NCBI GenBank assembly: GCA_964016885.1
Contig: OZ024752.1
Location: 8,742,001 to 8,806,000 of the forward strand
Length of the DNA: 64,000 bases
Direction of reading: 5' to 3'
DNA from: Eledone cirrhosa
Lineage: Eukaryota
Within the stretch, counting starts at the first letter, position 1; each line of letters opens with the position of its first letter. The notes beneath the pieces are model-generated. The model was not told where the DNA came from and did not search any database. It saw nothing but the letters and a program-made list of their open reading frames with translations. The position numbers were made by a program, and so were the translations under genes. Shown here one piece after another: positions 34,336 to 48,458 of the stretch.

Positions 34336-35538
34336 AAAAAAAAATATATATATATATATGTATACCGTCTCTGCATATGCATGTGGTGTGTATACGTGCA
34401 TATACGTGCTGAACATATTGATGTGTACAATCTTGTGATGTCCCAATGCGGTGACTTAATGGCTCTTGAAGCTATTTTTTATATATCTTCTGTCTTTTTA
34501 TATATATTTTGTATGCGCTACAACTGTGTCTGCTTGCTTTAACCCGCCTCACCTCGCTTGCTAATGCACGTGAATTCTTCTACCTCCTTCGATGCACCTC
34601 TCTCTGACCATTGGACTCCTGCCCGTGTGTGAACCGGTTTGTGATTACCCCACCGCTCAACTGTGTGAATGCACACCCATGACTTTCGAGTGAACTTTCG
34701 AGACTGCCCAACCTGGGACGCATCCATTGCCTTGCAATGGTCAAGTGATACTGGTGACTGTGACACTTAGTGCCTTCGTGGGCCCCTGATGTTTTCAAGA
34801 AATATATTTTAAAAAATTGGTCAAGTGATACACATAACTGTGACACTTAGTGCCTTCGTGGGCCCCTGATATATTCAAGAGATATATTCTAAAAAAATAT
34901 ATATCTTATCTCAATTTACTTTATTTCATTTTATTTTATTTCATTTCATGTTATCTAATTTTATTTATTTACTTACTTGACTCCATTTATTTATTTATTT
35001 ATTTATTTAAACTTAAATTTAAATTTTAATTTTAAAATTTAAATTTAAATTTTATTTATTTAATTTTTATTTATTTATTTATTTATTTATTTTACGATTA
35101 TATTATATTATGTTCTATGTATATAATTTTTAATTTTATATTATTTTATCTCATTCCTTACCCTATATTTTATATGTAAGTTTGTTATGTATTTCTTTGT
35201 ATTTTATATATATTATAAGTCTGTTTTTCACTTATTTTTTACCTATTTTTTTACTTACTCTTACCTAATCCCATTATCTTATCTACTCTTGTCTGTTCTC
35301 TTATCCATGTGTCTACTCTTGTCTGTTCTCTTATCCATGTGTATGCTTGTATGTAACTATATGTTGACAGCACCCCGCCCAACTGTGACTGATAGCACCC
35401 CTTATTTTTATTTTTATTTTTATTTTTATTTTTATTTTTACTTTTATTTTTATTCTTATCCTTTATCGTCTATTATTACCTTTCATTCTTCAATGTCTTG
35501 GATTTGCTATTGCTTGTATGGTATGTAATTAACCTTTA

Positions 35539-35584
35539 TGCTCTGATGAGTCCCACTTATAGTGCGGATGAAACAATGTTAGCA
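35539..35584 (+). ncRNA. Minimal hammerhead ribozyme
   Basis: tgct-CTGATGA-gtcc cact tat agtg c ggat-GAAA-caatg-TT-agca. Confidence 0.75.
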
Positions 35585-35623
35585 AGTAAAGATATGCATA
35601 TGCTATAAGCGTTCTTTGTTATT

Positions 35624-35703
<80 letters not shown>

Positions 35704-35704
35704 G

Positions 35705-35759
<55 letters not shown>

Positions 35760-35910
35760 GTATAACGAAGGAAATGTGGTAAGGAACCAGGTGGACCATA
35801 ACGCACCAAAGTACTCAATACTTGAGGTAGTAGAGTGGGTAATAGGAACCAGTAAGACCCCGACAGCTGAGCTCAAGCCGTTTCGACGGCTAATTCTCTA
35901 TATATATATG

Positions 35911-35943
<33 letters not shown>

Positions 35944-35982
35944 GTATATATGTATATATATATATGTATATATATATATATG

Positions 35983-36079
<97 letters not shown>

Positions 36080-36112
36080 GTATATATGTATATATATATA
36101 TGTATATATATG

Positions 36113-36183
<71 letters not shown>

Positions 36184-36218
36184 ACATATATATATATATG
36201 TATATATATATATACATA

Positions 36219-36295
<77 letters not shown>

Positions 36296-36343
36296 GAGTG
36301 AGCTAGACACTGTATTTATACCAGTGATCTTAGTTACTTTTCT

Positions 36344-36374
<31 letters not shown>

Positions 36375-36405
36375 GTGTGTGTGTATATATGTATATATAT
36401 ATATG

Positions 36406-36462
<57 letters not shown>

Positions 36463-36483
36463 ATATATGTATATATATATATG

Positions 36484-36568
<85 letters not shown>

Positions 36569-36870
36569 ACGCGCCGTGATGTGGGATTGAATCAAGTGAC
36601 GCGTTGTGGAGAAATTTATTTCTCAATTACGCAGTTATCTCTGCTCCGGTCTGGTTATATATGTATGTATGCACGTACGAATGTATGTATGCGCGTGTGT
36701 GAATGTAAATACAACTATATAAGTACATACATACGTATCTCTGCTCTTGCTTCCATATCTTTTTATATACATGAAGTTACAAACTACTTTTATACATCCA
36801 AGTATTATACTCCTGTGTGTGTGTAGATATATAAGTATAAATAAGTACATTGCCTTCGTATATATACATT

Positions 36871-36969
<99 letters not shown>

Positions 36970-37081
36970 TAAAATAAATTTTGATAAATATATAAATTAA
37001 AATAAATTTTAATATATATATATAGTTTTAGAATTCCCTTTTTCGGATTATATTACTGTGAGAGCCCTGGTTTTCTGTTGA

Positions 37082-37162
37082 GCTCTGCTGATGAATGAAA
37101 TCCAACCGTGACCATCTCCACTGAAAGTTTTCATGAAATAGTCTTTTAAGACTATACAGAGC
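37082..37162 (+). ncRNA. Type I hammerhead ribozyme (complete)
   Basis: Stem I gctctg/cagagc, core CTGATGA, stem II atgaaa/tttcat, GAAA, stem III tagtc/gacta, AUA triplet (predicted cut after 37156). Confidence 0.85.
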
Positions 37163-37398
37163 ATTTGATGTTATTCCAAATTGAAGGATAAGTGTTTCAA
37201 ACTTTATTTTATCATGAGTTAAAGGTCTATAGATTTTTCCCCGGATTTCACTAAATTCTGTGGATGAATTTATATCCTGATTCTCTTTTGAGATGAGTTT
37301 GAGTTATTTTTCCTAAATCTTTCGTTAACTACTTTTCCTATCTTGACGTTATAGTCGCATATATGTTATAGAATGCCGTTAGCTTCTTGCTAAAACAA

Positions 37399-37451
<53 letters not shown>

Positions 37452-37545
37452 TTATTAAAATAACAGATTAAAGTTTAAGCAAAGAATCGCTGCTTTCACC
37501 CTTAACGAGCCCTCTTTGGATTTTAGTCTTCAAATTTATTATTAT

Positions 37546-37616
<71 letters not shown>

Positions 37617-37631
37617 CATATATACACACAA

Positions 37632-37681
<50 letters not shown>

Positions 37682-38210
37682 GATAGCTGCCCCCTCCCAT
37701 GGGCCATTGCACGATATACCATTGTTAATAATTATTAATTAATTCTATCGTGCAATGTCTGTGCATGAAGATATTTTTTAAAGTGAGGAAAGTCTGTGCA
37801 CTGAGCCAATCCCACTCTCTGAGCGACAGTAGCTGTAACCCGAAAAGAAGAAAAGATCAACATCGTCGGTAACTACTGAGCCGCAGGTTTTATATCGGAG
37901 TTATCCCAGTTTCTTGAGTTGCCTTCTCCTAGAAGAATGCCTTGACAAAGGCTAGGGGTCCTTCACTCCCAGTGGTTTAACCGCGCGGTACATCTGTATA
38001 TACATATTTACACACTTTCGGATGGCCGTTGACTCTTATGAGTTCTTCCGCCCTTTGTCAGGTTTTGTTTTTTGTCCTGCAGGGTGTCCCAAATCACCCT
38101 CCTCATCAAGTAAACTTGGTAGGGTTTGCGGTTTAGTCGCCGACGACCCGACCATGGGACAGGTTGTACTGGGTTACATGTTACCAGTAGCACTCAAGAG
38201 TGACCCGACA
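37682..38210 (-). mobile_element. Family A2 (diverged relative; a further fragment lies at 4531-4657, + strand)
   Basis: Same 5' end (tgtcgggtcac..tactggtaacatgta..ggcgactaaac..gaggagggtga) but a different, shorter 3' part ending ggcagctatc(AT)n. Confidence 0.78.
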
Positions 38211-38783
38211 TAATATATATATACACACACAAGTGTATATATATATATATACATTTGTAGTTTGTAGATATGCATATATATATATATATATTTACCTATG
38301 TGTATATATATGCACACACACACACACACACATATATATACATATATATATATATACACATACATATATGTTGTAAGATGAAATAATTGGTTTCTACTTT
38401 TGGCACAAGGCCAGCAATTACCCAGTACATTACTGGTACTTTATTTTATCGACCGCGTAAGGATGCAAGGCAAAGTTAACCTCGGCGGAATTTGAACTCA
38501 GAATGGCAAGGGCCGTAACTCTATGCGTCAAAGCATGGCGTCCGACCCTCTACCGATACTGCCAATGATGAAAGGCAAAGTTAACCTCGGCGGGATTTAT
38601 GCATGTATTAGAGGGTTTATAGAAATACCCGATTTGGTGTCCGTGTGCGTGGTTAGCCCACCAGGGGTTAAAGATCCCTAGTTCTTGGCCTTCTGAGGAG
38701 AAACAATACTGTGACTCAATGGCTGCCACTGATGTTTGACCTGTTCTTTTCTTTTGGATAACTGTCACCATTGTCCAGGTAGT

Positions 38784-41700
38784 GGCCTTTCCTGTCACCA
38801 TTGTTCAGAGAGTGGCATTGGTCCAGTGTAAGGCCTTTCCTGTCACCATTGTTCAGTGAGTGGGGTTGGTCCAGTGTAAGGCCTTTCCTGTCACCATTGT
38901 TCAGAGAGTGGGGTTGGTCCAGTGTAAGGCCTTTCCTGTCACCATTGTTCAGAGAGTAGCATTGGTCCAGTGTAAGGCCTTTCCTGTCACCATTGTTCAG
39001 TGAGTGGGGTTGGTCCAGTGTAAGGCCTTTCCTGTCACCATTGTTCAGAGAGTGGGGTTGGTCCAGTGTAAGGCCTTTCCTGTCACCATTGTTCAGAGAG
39101 TAGCATTGGTCCAGTGTAAGGCCTTTCCTGTCACCATTGTTCAGTGAGTGGGGTTGGTCCAGTGTAAGGCCTTTCCTGTCACCATTGTTCAGAGAGTAGC
39201 ATTGGTCCAGTGTAAGGCCTTTCCTGTCACCATTGTTCAGTGAGTGGGGTTGGTCCAGTGTAAGGCCTTTCCTGTCACCATTGTTCAGAGAGTAGCATTG
39301 GTCCAGTGTAAGGCCTTTCCTGTCACCATTGTTCAGAGAGTAGCATTGGTCCAGTGTAAGGCCTTTCCTGTCACCATTGTTCAGAGAGTGGCATTGGTCC
39401 AGTGTAAGGCCTTTCCTGTCACCATTGTTCAGAGAGTAGCATTGGTCCAGTGTAAGGCATTTCCTGTCACCATTGTTCAGAGAGTGGGGTTGGTCCAGTG
39501 TAAGGCCTTTCCTGTCACCATTGTTCAGAGAGTAGCATTGGTCCAGTGTAAGGCCTTTCCTGTCACCATTGTTCAGAGAGTAGCATTGGTCCAGTGTAAG
39601 GCCTTTCCTGTCACCATTGTTCAGAGAGTGGGGTTGGTCCAGTGTAAGGCCTTTCCTGTCACCATTGTTGAGAGAGTGGCATTGGTCCAGTGTAAGGCCT
39701 TTCCTGTCACCATTGTTGAGAGAGTGGCATTGGTCCAGTGTAAGGCCTTTCCTGTCACCATTGTTCAGAGAGTGGCATTGGTCCAGTGTAAGGCCTTTCC
39801 TGTCACCATTGTTCAGAGAGTGGGGTTGGTCCAGTGTAAGGCCTTTCCTGTCACCATTGTTCAGAGAGTAGCATTGGTCCAGTGTAAGGCCTTTCCTGTC
39901 ACCATTGTTCAGAGAGTAGCATTGGTCCAGTGTAAGGCCTTTCCTGTCACCATTGTTCAGAGAGTAGCATTGGTCCAGTGTAAGGCCTTTCCTGTCACCA
40001 TTGTTCAGAGAGTAGCATTGGTCCAGTGTAAGGCCTTTCCTGTCACCATTGTTCAGAGAGTAGCATTGGTCCAGTGTAAGGCCTTTCCTGTCACCATTGT
40101 TCAGAGAGTAGCATTGGTCCAGTGTAAGGCCTTTCCTGTCACCATTGTTCAGAGAGTGGGGTTGGTCCAGTGTAAGGCCTTTCCTGTCACCATTGTTCAG
40201 AGAGTAGCATTGGTCCAGTGTAAGGCCTTTCCTGTCACCATTGTTCAGAGAGTAGCATTGGTCCAGTGTAAGGCCTTTCCTGTCACCATTGTTCAGAGAG
40301 TGGCATTGGTCCAGTGTAAGGCCTTTCCTGTCACCATTGTTCAGAGAGTAGCATTGGTCCAGTGTAAGGCCTTTCCTGTCACCATTGTTCAGAGAGTAGC
40401 ATTGGTCCAGTGTAAGGCCTTTCCTGTCACCATTGTTCAGAGAGTGGCATTGGTCCAGTGGAAGGCCTTTCCTGTCACCATTGTTCAGAGAGTGGAGTTG
40501 GTCCAGTGTAAGGCCTTTCCTGTCACCATTGTTCAGAGAGTGGAGTTGGTCCAGTGTAAGGCCTTTCCTGTCACCATTGTTCAGAGAGTGGCATTGGTCC
40601 AGTGTAAGGCCTTTCCTGTCACCATTGTTGGGAGAGTGGCATTGGTCCAGTGGAAGGCCTTTCCTGTCACCATTGTTCAGAGAGTGGAGTTGGTCCAGTG
40701 TAAGGCCTTTCCTGTCACCATTGTTCAGAGAGTAGCATTGGTCCAGTGTAAGGCCTTTCCTGTCACCATTGTTGGGAGAGTGGCATTGGTCCAGTGGAAG
40801 GCCTTTCCTGTCACCATTGTTCAGAGAGTGGAGTTGGTCCAGTGTAAGGCCTTTCCTGTCACCATTGTTCAGAGAGTAGCATTGGTCCAGTGTAAGGCCT
40901 TTCCTGTCACCATTGTTGGGAGAGTGGCATTGGTCCAGTGGAAGGCCTTTCCTGTCACCATTGTTCAGAGAGTGGAGTTGGTCCAGTGTAAGGCCTTTCC
41001 TGTCACCATTGTTCAGAGAGTGGCATTGGTCCAGTGTAAGGCCTTTCCTGTCACCATTGTTCAGAGAGTAGCATTGGTCCAGTGTAAGGCCTTTCCTGTC
41101 ACCATTGTTCAGAGAGTAGCATTAGTCCAGTGTAAGGCCTTTCCTGTCACCATTGTTCAGAGAGTGGCATTGGTCCAGTGTAAGGCCTTTCCTATCACCA
41201 TTGTTCAGAGAGTAGCATTGGTCCAGTGTAAGGCCTTTCCTGTCACCATTGTTCAGAGAGTAGCATTGGTCCAGTGTAAGGCCTTTCCTGTCACCATTGT
41301 TCAGAGAGTAGCATTGGTCCAGTGTAAGGCCTTTCCTGTCACCATTGTTGAGAGAGTGACATTGGTCCAGTGTAAGGCCTTTCCTGTCACCATTGTTCAG
41401 AGAGTAGCATTGGTCCAGTGTAAGGCCTTTCCTGTCACCATTGTTCAGAGAGTGACATTGGTCCAGTGTAAGGCCTTTCCTGTCACCATTGTTCAGAGAG
41501 TAGCATTGGTCCAGTGTAAGGCCTTTCCTGTCACCATTGTTCAGAGAGTGGTATTGGTCCAGTGTAAGGCCTTTCCTGTCACCATTGTTCAGAGAGTAGC
41601 ATTGGTCCAGTGTAAGGCCTTTCCTGTCACCATTGTTCAGAGAGTAGCATTGGTCCAGTGTAAGGCCTTTCCTGTCACCATTGTTCAGAGAGTAGCATTG

Positions 41701-41815
41701 GTCCAGTGTAAGGCCTTTCCTGTCACCATTGTTCAGAGAGTAGCATTGGTCCAGTGTAAGGCCTTTCCTGTCACCATTGTTCAGAGAGTAGCATTGGTCC
41801 AGTGTAAGGCCTTTC
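38784..41815. repeat. 48-bp minisatellite, ~63 copies
   Basis: Unit ggcctttcctgtcaccattgttcagagagtRgcattggtccagtgtaa. Confidence 0.98.
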
Positions 41816-42044
41816 TTCACCTAAAAAAGCTTCAATCACAGACATCACTTGATCTAAATGACTTATACGTGTGTTGTGTGAGCATGGCGTTTTTTTTTCT
41901 TCTTTCACTGCAGCATATACAGAAAGGAATCTAAGTCCTTGGAGGGCTAAAAGTCATTTTTGTGACACCAAGGTATGTGAAAAACGTCAAGGGATGACAA
42001 TTCTGGAAACTGAGATGTGACCAATATATGTATGAATGTATGTA

Positions 42045-42111
<67 letters not shown>

Positions 42112-42362
42112 GTATGTATGTATATATATATGTATGTATGTATATATATATGTATGTATGTATATATATATGTATGTATGTATATATATATATATGTATG
42201 TATGTATGTATATATGTATGTATGTATATATATATGTATGTATGTATATATATATATATATGTATGTATGTATATATATATATGTATGTATGTATATATA
42301 TATATGTATGTACGTATGTATATATATATGTATGTATGTATATATATATGTATGTACGTATG

Positions 42363-42433
<71 letters not shown>

Positions 42434-42441
42434 ATATATAT

Positions 42442-42995
42442 ATGGTCGGGTCGTTGGCGACTAAACTGGCAACCCCACCAAGGTTTCTTGGTGAGGAGGG
42501 TGACTTTGGACATCCTGCAGGACTAAAAACAAAACCTGTCAAAGGGCAAAGGAGCTCTTAAGAGTCAATGGCCATCCAAAATCACCGGGAGAGATGACCC
42601 CTTAGCCTTTGTCAAGGCAGAATTCTAGGAGAGGGAAAACTCTGATATAACACCTGCAACCCTGATGGTATCCAATGATGTTGACTTGTTCTTCTTTTTG
42701 GTAAATATCATCTTGGTTAAGAGAGTGGGACTGGCTTTGTGCAGTGCCTTTGCTCACTATAAAAGCTTCAGGGCACAGGCATTGCTTTATATCTGGAGAT
42801 CTCTCTGCACTTGTCGTCACATGGTACCATGGGCCCAGCACTATGTGTCAATAATTGTCACAGGTGTAGTGTTTGTACCAGAGTTTTCAAGTCGCTGGCT
42901 GGACTAAAATGTCACACTCGTTCAGCGCATCGGTAGGGGTTCTCCTACATGGATATAAAGTAGTGGCCGTACTCGAAAACGAGTTGGCAGCCACC
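42442..42995 (+). mobile_element. Family A copy (slightly 5'-truncated)
   Basis: Tandem with the next copy, separated by (TATG)n. Confidence 0.88.
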
Positions 42996-42996
42996 A

Positions 42997-43032
<36 letters not shown>

Positions 43033-43094
43033 TGTATGTATGTATGTATGTATGTATGTATGTATGTATGTATGTATGTGTGTATATATATATA

Positions 43095-43701
43095 TGTCAA
43101 GTCACCAGTTGGTGCTACTGGTAACATGTATTCCAGTAAAATCTGTCCCATGGTCGGGTCGATGGCGACTAAACTGGCAACCCCACCAAGGTTTCTTGGT
43201 GAGGAGGGTGACTTTGGACATCCTGCAGGACTAAAAACAAAACCTGTCAAAGGGCAAAGGAGCTCTTAAGAGTCAATGGCCATCCAAAATCACCGGGAGA
43301 GATGACCCCTTAGCCTTTGTCAAGGCAGAATTCTAGGAGAGGGAAAACTCTGATATAACACCTGCAACCCTGATGGTATCCAATGATGTTGACTTGTTCT
43401 TCTTTTTGGTAAATATCATCTTGGTTAAGAGAGTGGGACTGGCTTTGTGCAGTGCCTTTGCTCACTATAAAAGCCTCGCGGCACAGGCATTGCTTTATTT
43501 CTGGAGATCTCTCTGCACTTGTCGTCACATGGTACCAAGGGCCCAGCACTATGTGTCAATAATTGTCACAAGTGTAGTGTTTGTACCAGAGTTTTCAAGT
43601 CGCTGGCTGGACTAAAAAGTCACACTCGTTCAGCGCATCAGTAGGGGTTCTCCTACATGGATATAAAGTAGTGGCCGTACTCGAAAACGAGTTGGCAGCC
43701 A

Positions 43702-43703
<2 letters not shown>
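43095..43703 (+). mobile_element. Family A full copy
   Basis: 5' part is RTE 5'UTR-like (ggagagggaaaactctg). 3' part encodes a C2H2 finger remnant [22 protein letters not shown], then gaaaacgagttggcagccacc and (AT)n. Confidence 0.88.
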
Positions 43704-43789
<86 letters not shown>

Positions 43790-44007
43790 GTATATATATA
43801 TATGTATGTATGTATGTATATATGGATGTATATTTGCTTCTGTGTATGGAGGCATGTATCTATGTGTATGTGTGTATGTGTGTGTATGTAATTGTCTGTC
43901 TATATAGACATTATAAAATTATTACACACACTCTCTCTCTCTGACACACACACACACACTCTCTCTTTCTCTCTCTCTCTCTCTCTGACACTGTTTCTGT
44001 CTCCTTC

Positions 44008-44050
<43 letters not shown>

Positions 44051-44383
44051 GTCACACTCTATATACATGAACTTTATATTCTGTGTGTTCTTTGATTTAT
44101 GGCCTGCTTGCTCTGTTTAAATATGTTTAATAGGAGATGCGGGCGTATCAATTTATATTTAAGTACTTCCGTATGTTTTCCACTAACCAAGCATATAGAA
44201 GTATGAGTAAATCAGTCCTTAATAAAATATATTTAGTCCTACCTATAAATCAAAAGTCACAAGACTGTCAAATCTACCCAAACAACGTATGCTTTCGTCG
44301 TTCACAAATGATTTAATATATAGAGATATAAATAAATATATACACACACACATACATACACATATACATACATACATACACAT

Positions 44384-44481
<98 letters not shown>

Positions 44482-44596
44482 AAGTATAACATGAACTTAA
44501 TTTAGGTTTTATTCCCGTTTATCTTTATCCAAATTAACGCTAGTCACGCGCGCGATTAATATATATATATATATATATATATAATTGTGTGTATGA

Positions 44597-44634
<38 letters not shown>

Positions 44635-45252
44635 AGGAAAATGCGAAGTTGTTAGGGTCCTTTATTAATTGAGCCGTTATACATATTTCCATGGCGATAC
44701 TCCGTCAACCTTGTTTTTTGGGAAGTAATATGACGTCGAGTGCTAGAAGTGAATTGGATCCTTATATACCAAAAGTATGTATATATATATGCCCTTTCTG
44801 TAATATACTGCCCTTTTTATAGAAAATTGTAAACGCGAGAAAGGTTTTTCAGAATGTTTTTCCCTTCTTTTAAGAAAAATGACTGAAAAAGTTTTAAAAA
44901 TAAATTAATCTAGTAAAAAAGGGTAATAGTTCAATTCTCTTAGATTTCTCTTCTGACGGATGTATGCATACATGGTATATATACATATATATATGTATAT
45001 ATATACATTTATATATATACATATGTATATATATATAGATATATACATATATATACATATATGTATATATATACATATATATATAATTATAGATATATAA
45101 ATATATCTATATATATGTATATATACACACACACATAGATCTATAGAATATGCATACCAACTCTAACACATATATATCCTAGAAACGATCGTAAAATGAT
45201 GAATTTTTTTTAATATAAGGAACTGTTTCTTTGTTTATTCATTGTTTTATTA

Positions 45253-45311
<59 letters not shown>

Positions 45312-45344
45312 CACACATATACATACACACACACATACACACCT

Positions 45345-45379
<35 letters not shown>

Positions 45380-45827
45380 CATATATTTATATATATGTAT
45401 ATAATATTAATAATTTTTAGAATTAAGAATTTAATCACACGCATTACATGTCTGCTGCTTATTTTACCGACTCCGGAGTATTAATAGTATTATATTATTG
45501 TATATATATATATATACATATATATACATATATATACATATATATACATATATATACATATATATACATATATATATATTTATATTATTATATTATATAG
45601 TCTGGGTATATATATATATACACACATATATATATATATATACATACATATACACATCTATATCCATATATACATATACATATATACATATATATATTTA
45701 TATATATATATATACCCAGACTATATAATATAATAATATAAATATATATATATATATATACACACATATATATATATATATACATACATATACACATCTA
45801 TATCCATATATACATATACATATATAC

Positions 45828-45886
<59 letters not shown>

Positions 45887-45924
45887 AGAAAAAGAAGAGA
45901 ATCAGTGTTGCGACGAAAGAATCC

Positions 45925-45961
<37 letters not shown>

Positions 45962-46077
45962 TATGTATACACACACACACACACACATATATATATATGT
46001 ATATATATATACACAGATAAATCTACCAATCAATGGTAGGGTCTAATATATATATATATATATATATATAACTACAG

Positions 46078-46156
<79 letters not shown>

Positions 46157-47202
46157 AATATTTACACTCTATATATTATTTGCTGAAAATGTTAAGTATT
46201 ATAAATATGTATATATATAGTATTTTTATTCTGTGCTCATACAAAAGGTCCATTTGTCTTGTTTCAAAATGTAATCAATAACTAATTATGTATTGTCTGT
46301 CCACAGATAGAATAATAATTAGTAGTTATTTATCATATACACAAATTTGCACAGAACTATAAATAGCTTTGTTTAATTTCCAGTGCAAGCGTTGGCAACA
46401 TCACTTAATTAATTAAATTACTAATTAATTATTAGAAGCAACATACAGCGTTGGTAAGCTATATTTCCGAACGTAAACTCGATGTGCAATACAAAAAAAT
46501 ATAAAAAGCTATAATGGATAAAACATTAGCTAAGGTTGAAATTAGTCAAATTAATTTAATTGTCAAGTCATAGATAAAGAAAATGGTGTCTCCTTTGAAC
46601 AACAAGGCAAAAATAAATGTACAGTTAATTTAGTATACTTTTGTCTTATATATATATATATATATAAGTAGAAGGGATATTTAATTTGTTGACAATTCAA
46701 CAAATACAAATGTTTATAACTGATTCAGAGCACTCGTCCGTTTTCTGGAGTAAATATTCAACGATATTAAATAAATGGAAACTATATTTATAAAACCATA
46801 TTTATTCTGTTATATATATTTCAAGGGTACCAAAAGCTTTGGTACGCTTTCATCAAATAAAATACAAAGAGTGTTTTATAAATTTTGACATAGCCAAGGA
46901 AAAGATACCTCCTTATCTGTTCAATTTTCCTTGGGTAGTTCAAGGAAATACCCTTGAAATATATATAATAGAATACATTTAGTTTATTTCGACAGCTAGT
47001 TCTTTTCAGAAATAGCTGTCGAAATGGCCGGAGCTCAGCCGTCGGCGTCCTGACTCTTTTCCTATATAATAGAAAAAATAAACGAGGAAGTTTCGTTTAC
47101 ATATGAAATATATTTATTGCGTATCGACCTGTTAAGCGCGTTTCCCAGGTCGATACACAATAATTATCTTTTATATATAAACGAAACTTCCTGGGGTTTT
47201 TC

Positions 47203-47282
<80 letters not shown>

Positions 47283-47446
47283 CTAGATCCGAACAGTTCG
47301 GATCTAGCTGTCGAAACGACCGGAGCTGAGCCGCCGGGGTCCTGACTCTTTTCCTATTACCCACTCTACTACCCAAAGTATCGAGTACTCTGGTGCGTTA
47401 TCGTCCACCTGGTTCCTTACCACACTTTCTTTCTTTTATATATATA

Positions 47447-47533
47447 TGTCGACCCTCCAGTGAATGCCGAAAGTGTTTGTCCCACCCTTGCAAGCAGGGA
47501 AAAGCGGACGTAAAATGATGATGACGATGATGA

Positions 47534-47537
<4 letters not shown>
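47447..47537 (+). mobile_element. RTE-type LINE/SINE 3' tail
   Basis: gcaagcagggaaaagcggacgtaaaa followed by a (TGA)n tail. Confidence 0.55.
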
Positions 47538-47607
<70 letters not shown>

Positions 47608-47679
47608 TAAAATAACAAATTAAAGTTTAAGCAAAGAATCGTTTTAGTCTTCAATTTTAGTCTTCAATTTTATTATTAT

Positions 47680-47741
<62 letters not shown>

Positions 47742-47973
47742 ATGTGTGTGTGTGTGTCGTTTCGACATGTTCCAGGTTAGTATTCGATCTGTTTCTATTT
47801 AACGATGTTGTGGCATTATTATGGCCACGTTCATTCGGTCGCTTTATTCTGTGTGTGTCTACAACTGTTTTGCAGGAGATGTCAACATGAATGGACCTGG
47901 TATTTTTATCTAAAGACATTTTTTTCCAACTCCACCTCGCCCGTCCCTTCAATCTATCTTATTTCTCATTCTT

Positions 47974-48009
47974 TCTTCTGATGAAGGACTAGCGTCCGAA
48001 ACGTTAAGA
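47974..48009 (+). ncRNA. Minimal hammerhead ribozyme (Penelope type)
   Basis: tctt-CTGATGAa-ggac tagc gtcc-GAAACGTT-aaga; palindromic aacgtt in place of stem III. Confidence 0.72.
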
Positions 48010-48107
48010 CCCTCTTCCTCCTATTTCAAGCGTTAACCTAATATATCCCTTTCATATACTGTACCGATTGTGTTGTTATTTCTGTTTACCTTTTACACAC
48101 ACACACA

Positions 48108-48208
<101 letters not shown>

Positions 48209-48345
48209 TATAAAGTTACGTTAGTTAAAGAACTTTACCCCAGTAATATTTTGTCTACTAACATATGGAGCTGAATTTGTTTCTCATCAGTATTATGCTT
48301 TATATCTTTAATTACTACTACAGAGGTTATTACTAAATTTATTTG

Positions 48346-48458
<113 letters not shown>

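Noticed and set aside
38784-41815. CRISPR-like array
   Set aside because: Units are contiguous with no unique spacers, there are no cas genes, and the context is eukaryotic.
39244-41934. 896-aa ORF (and the 232-aa reverse ORF)
   Set aside because: Open only because the 48-bp unit is a multiple of 3. It has no true ATG, and upstream units contain in-frame stops.
43095-43180. Canonical HDV-like ribozyme at the family A 5' end
   Set aside because: P1/P2/P3 could not be arranged in the required nested double-pseudoknot order.
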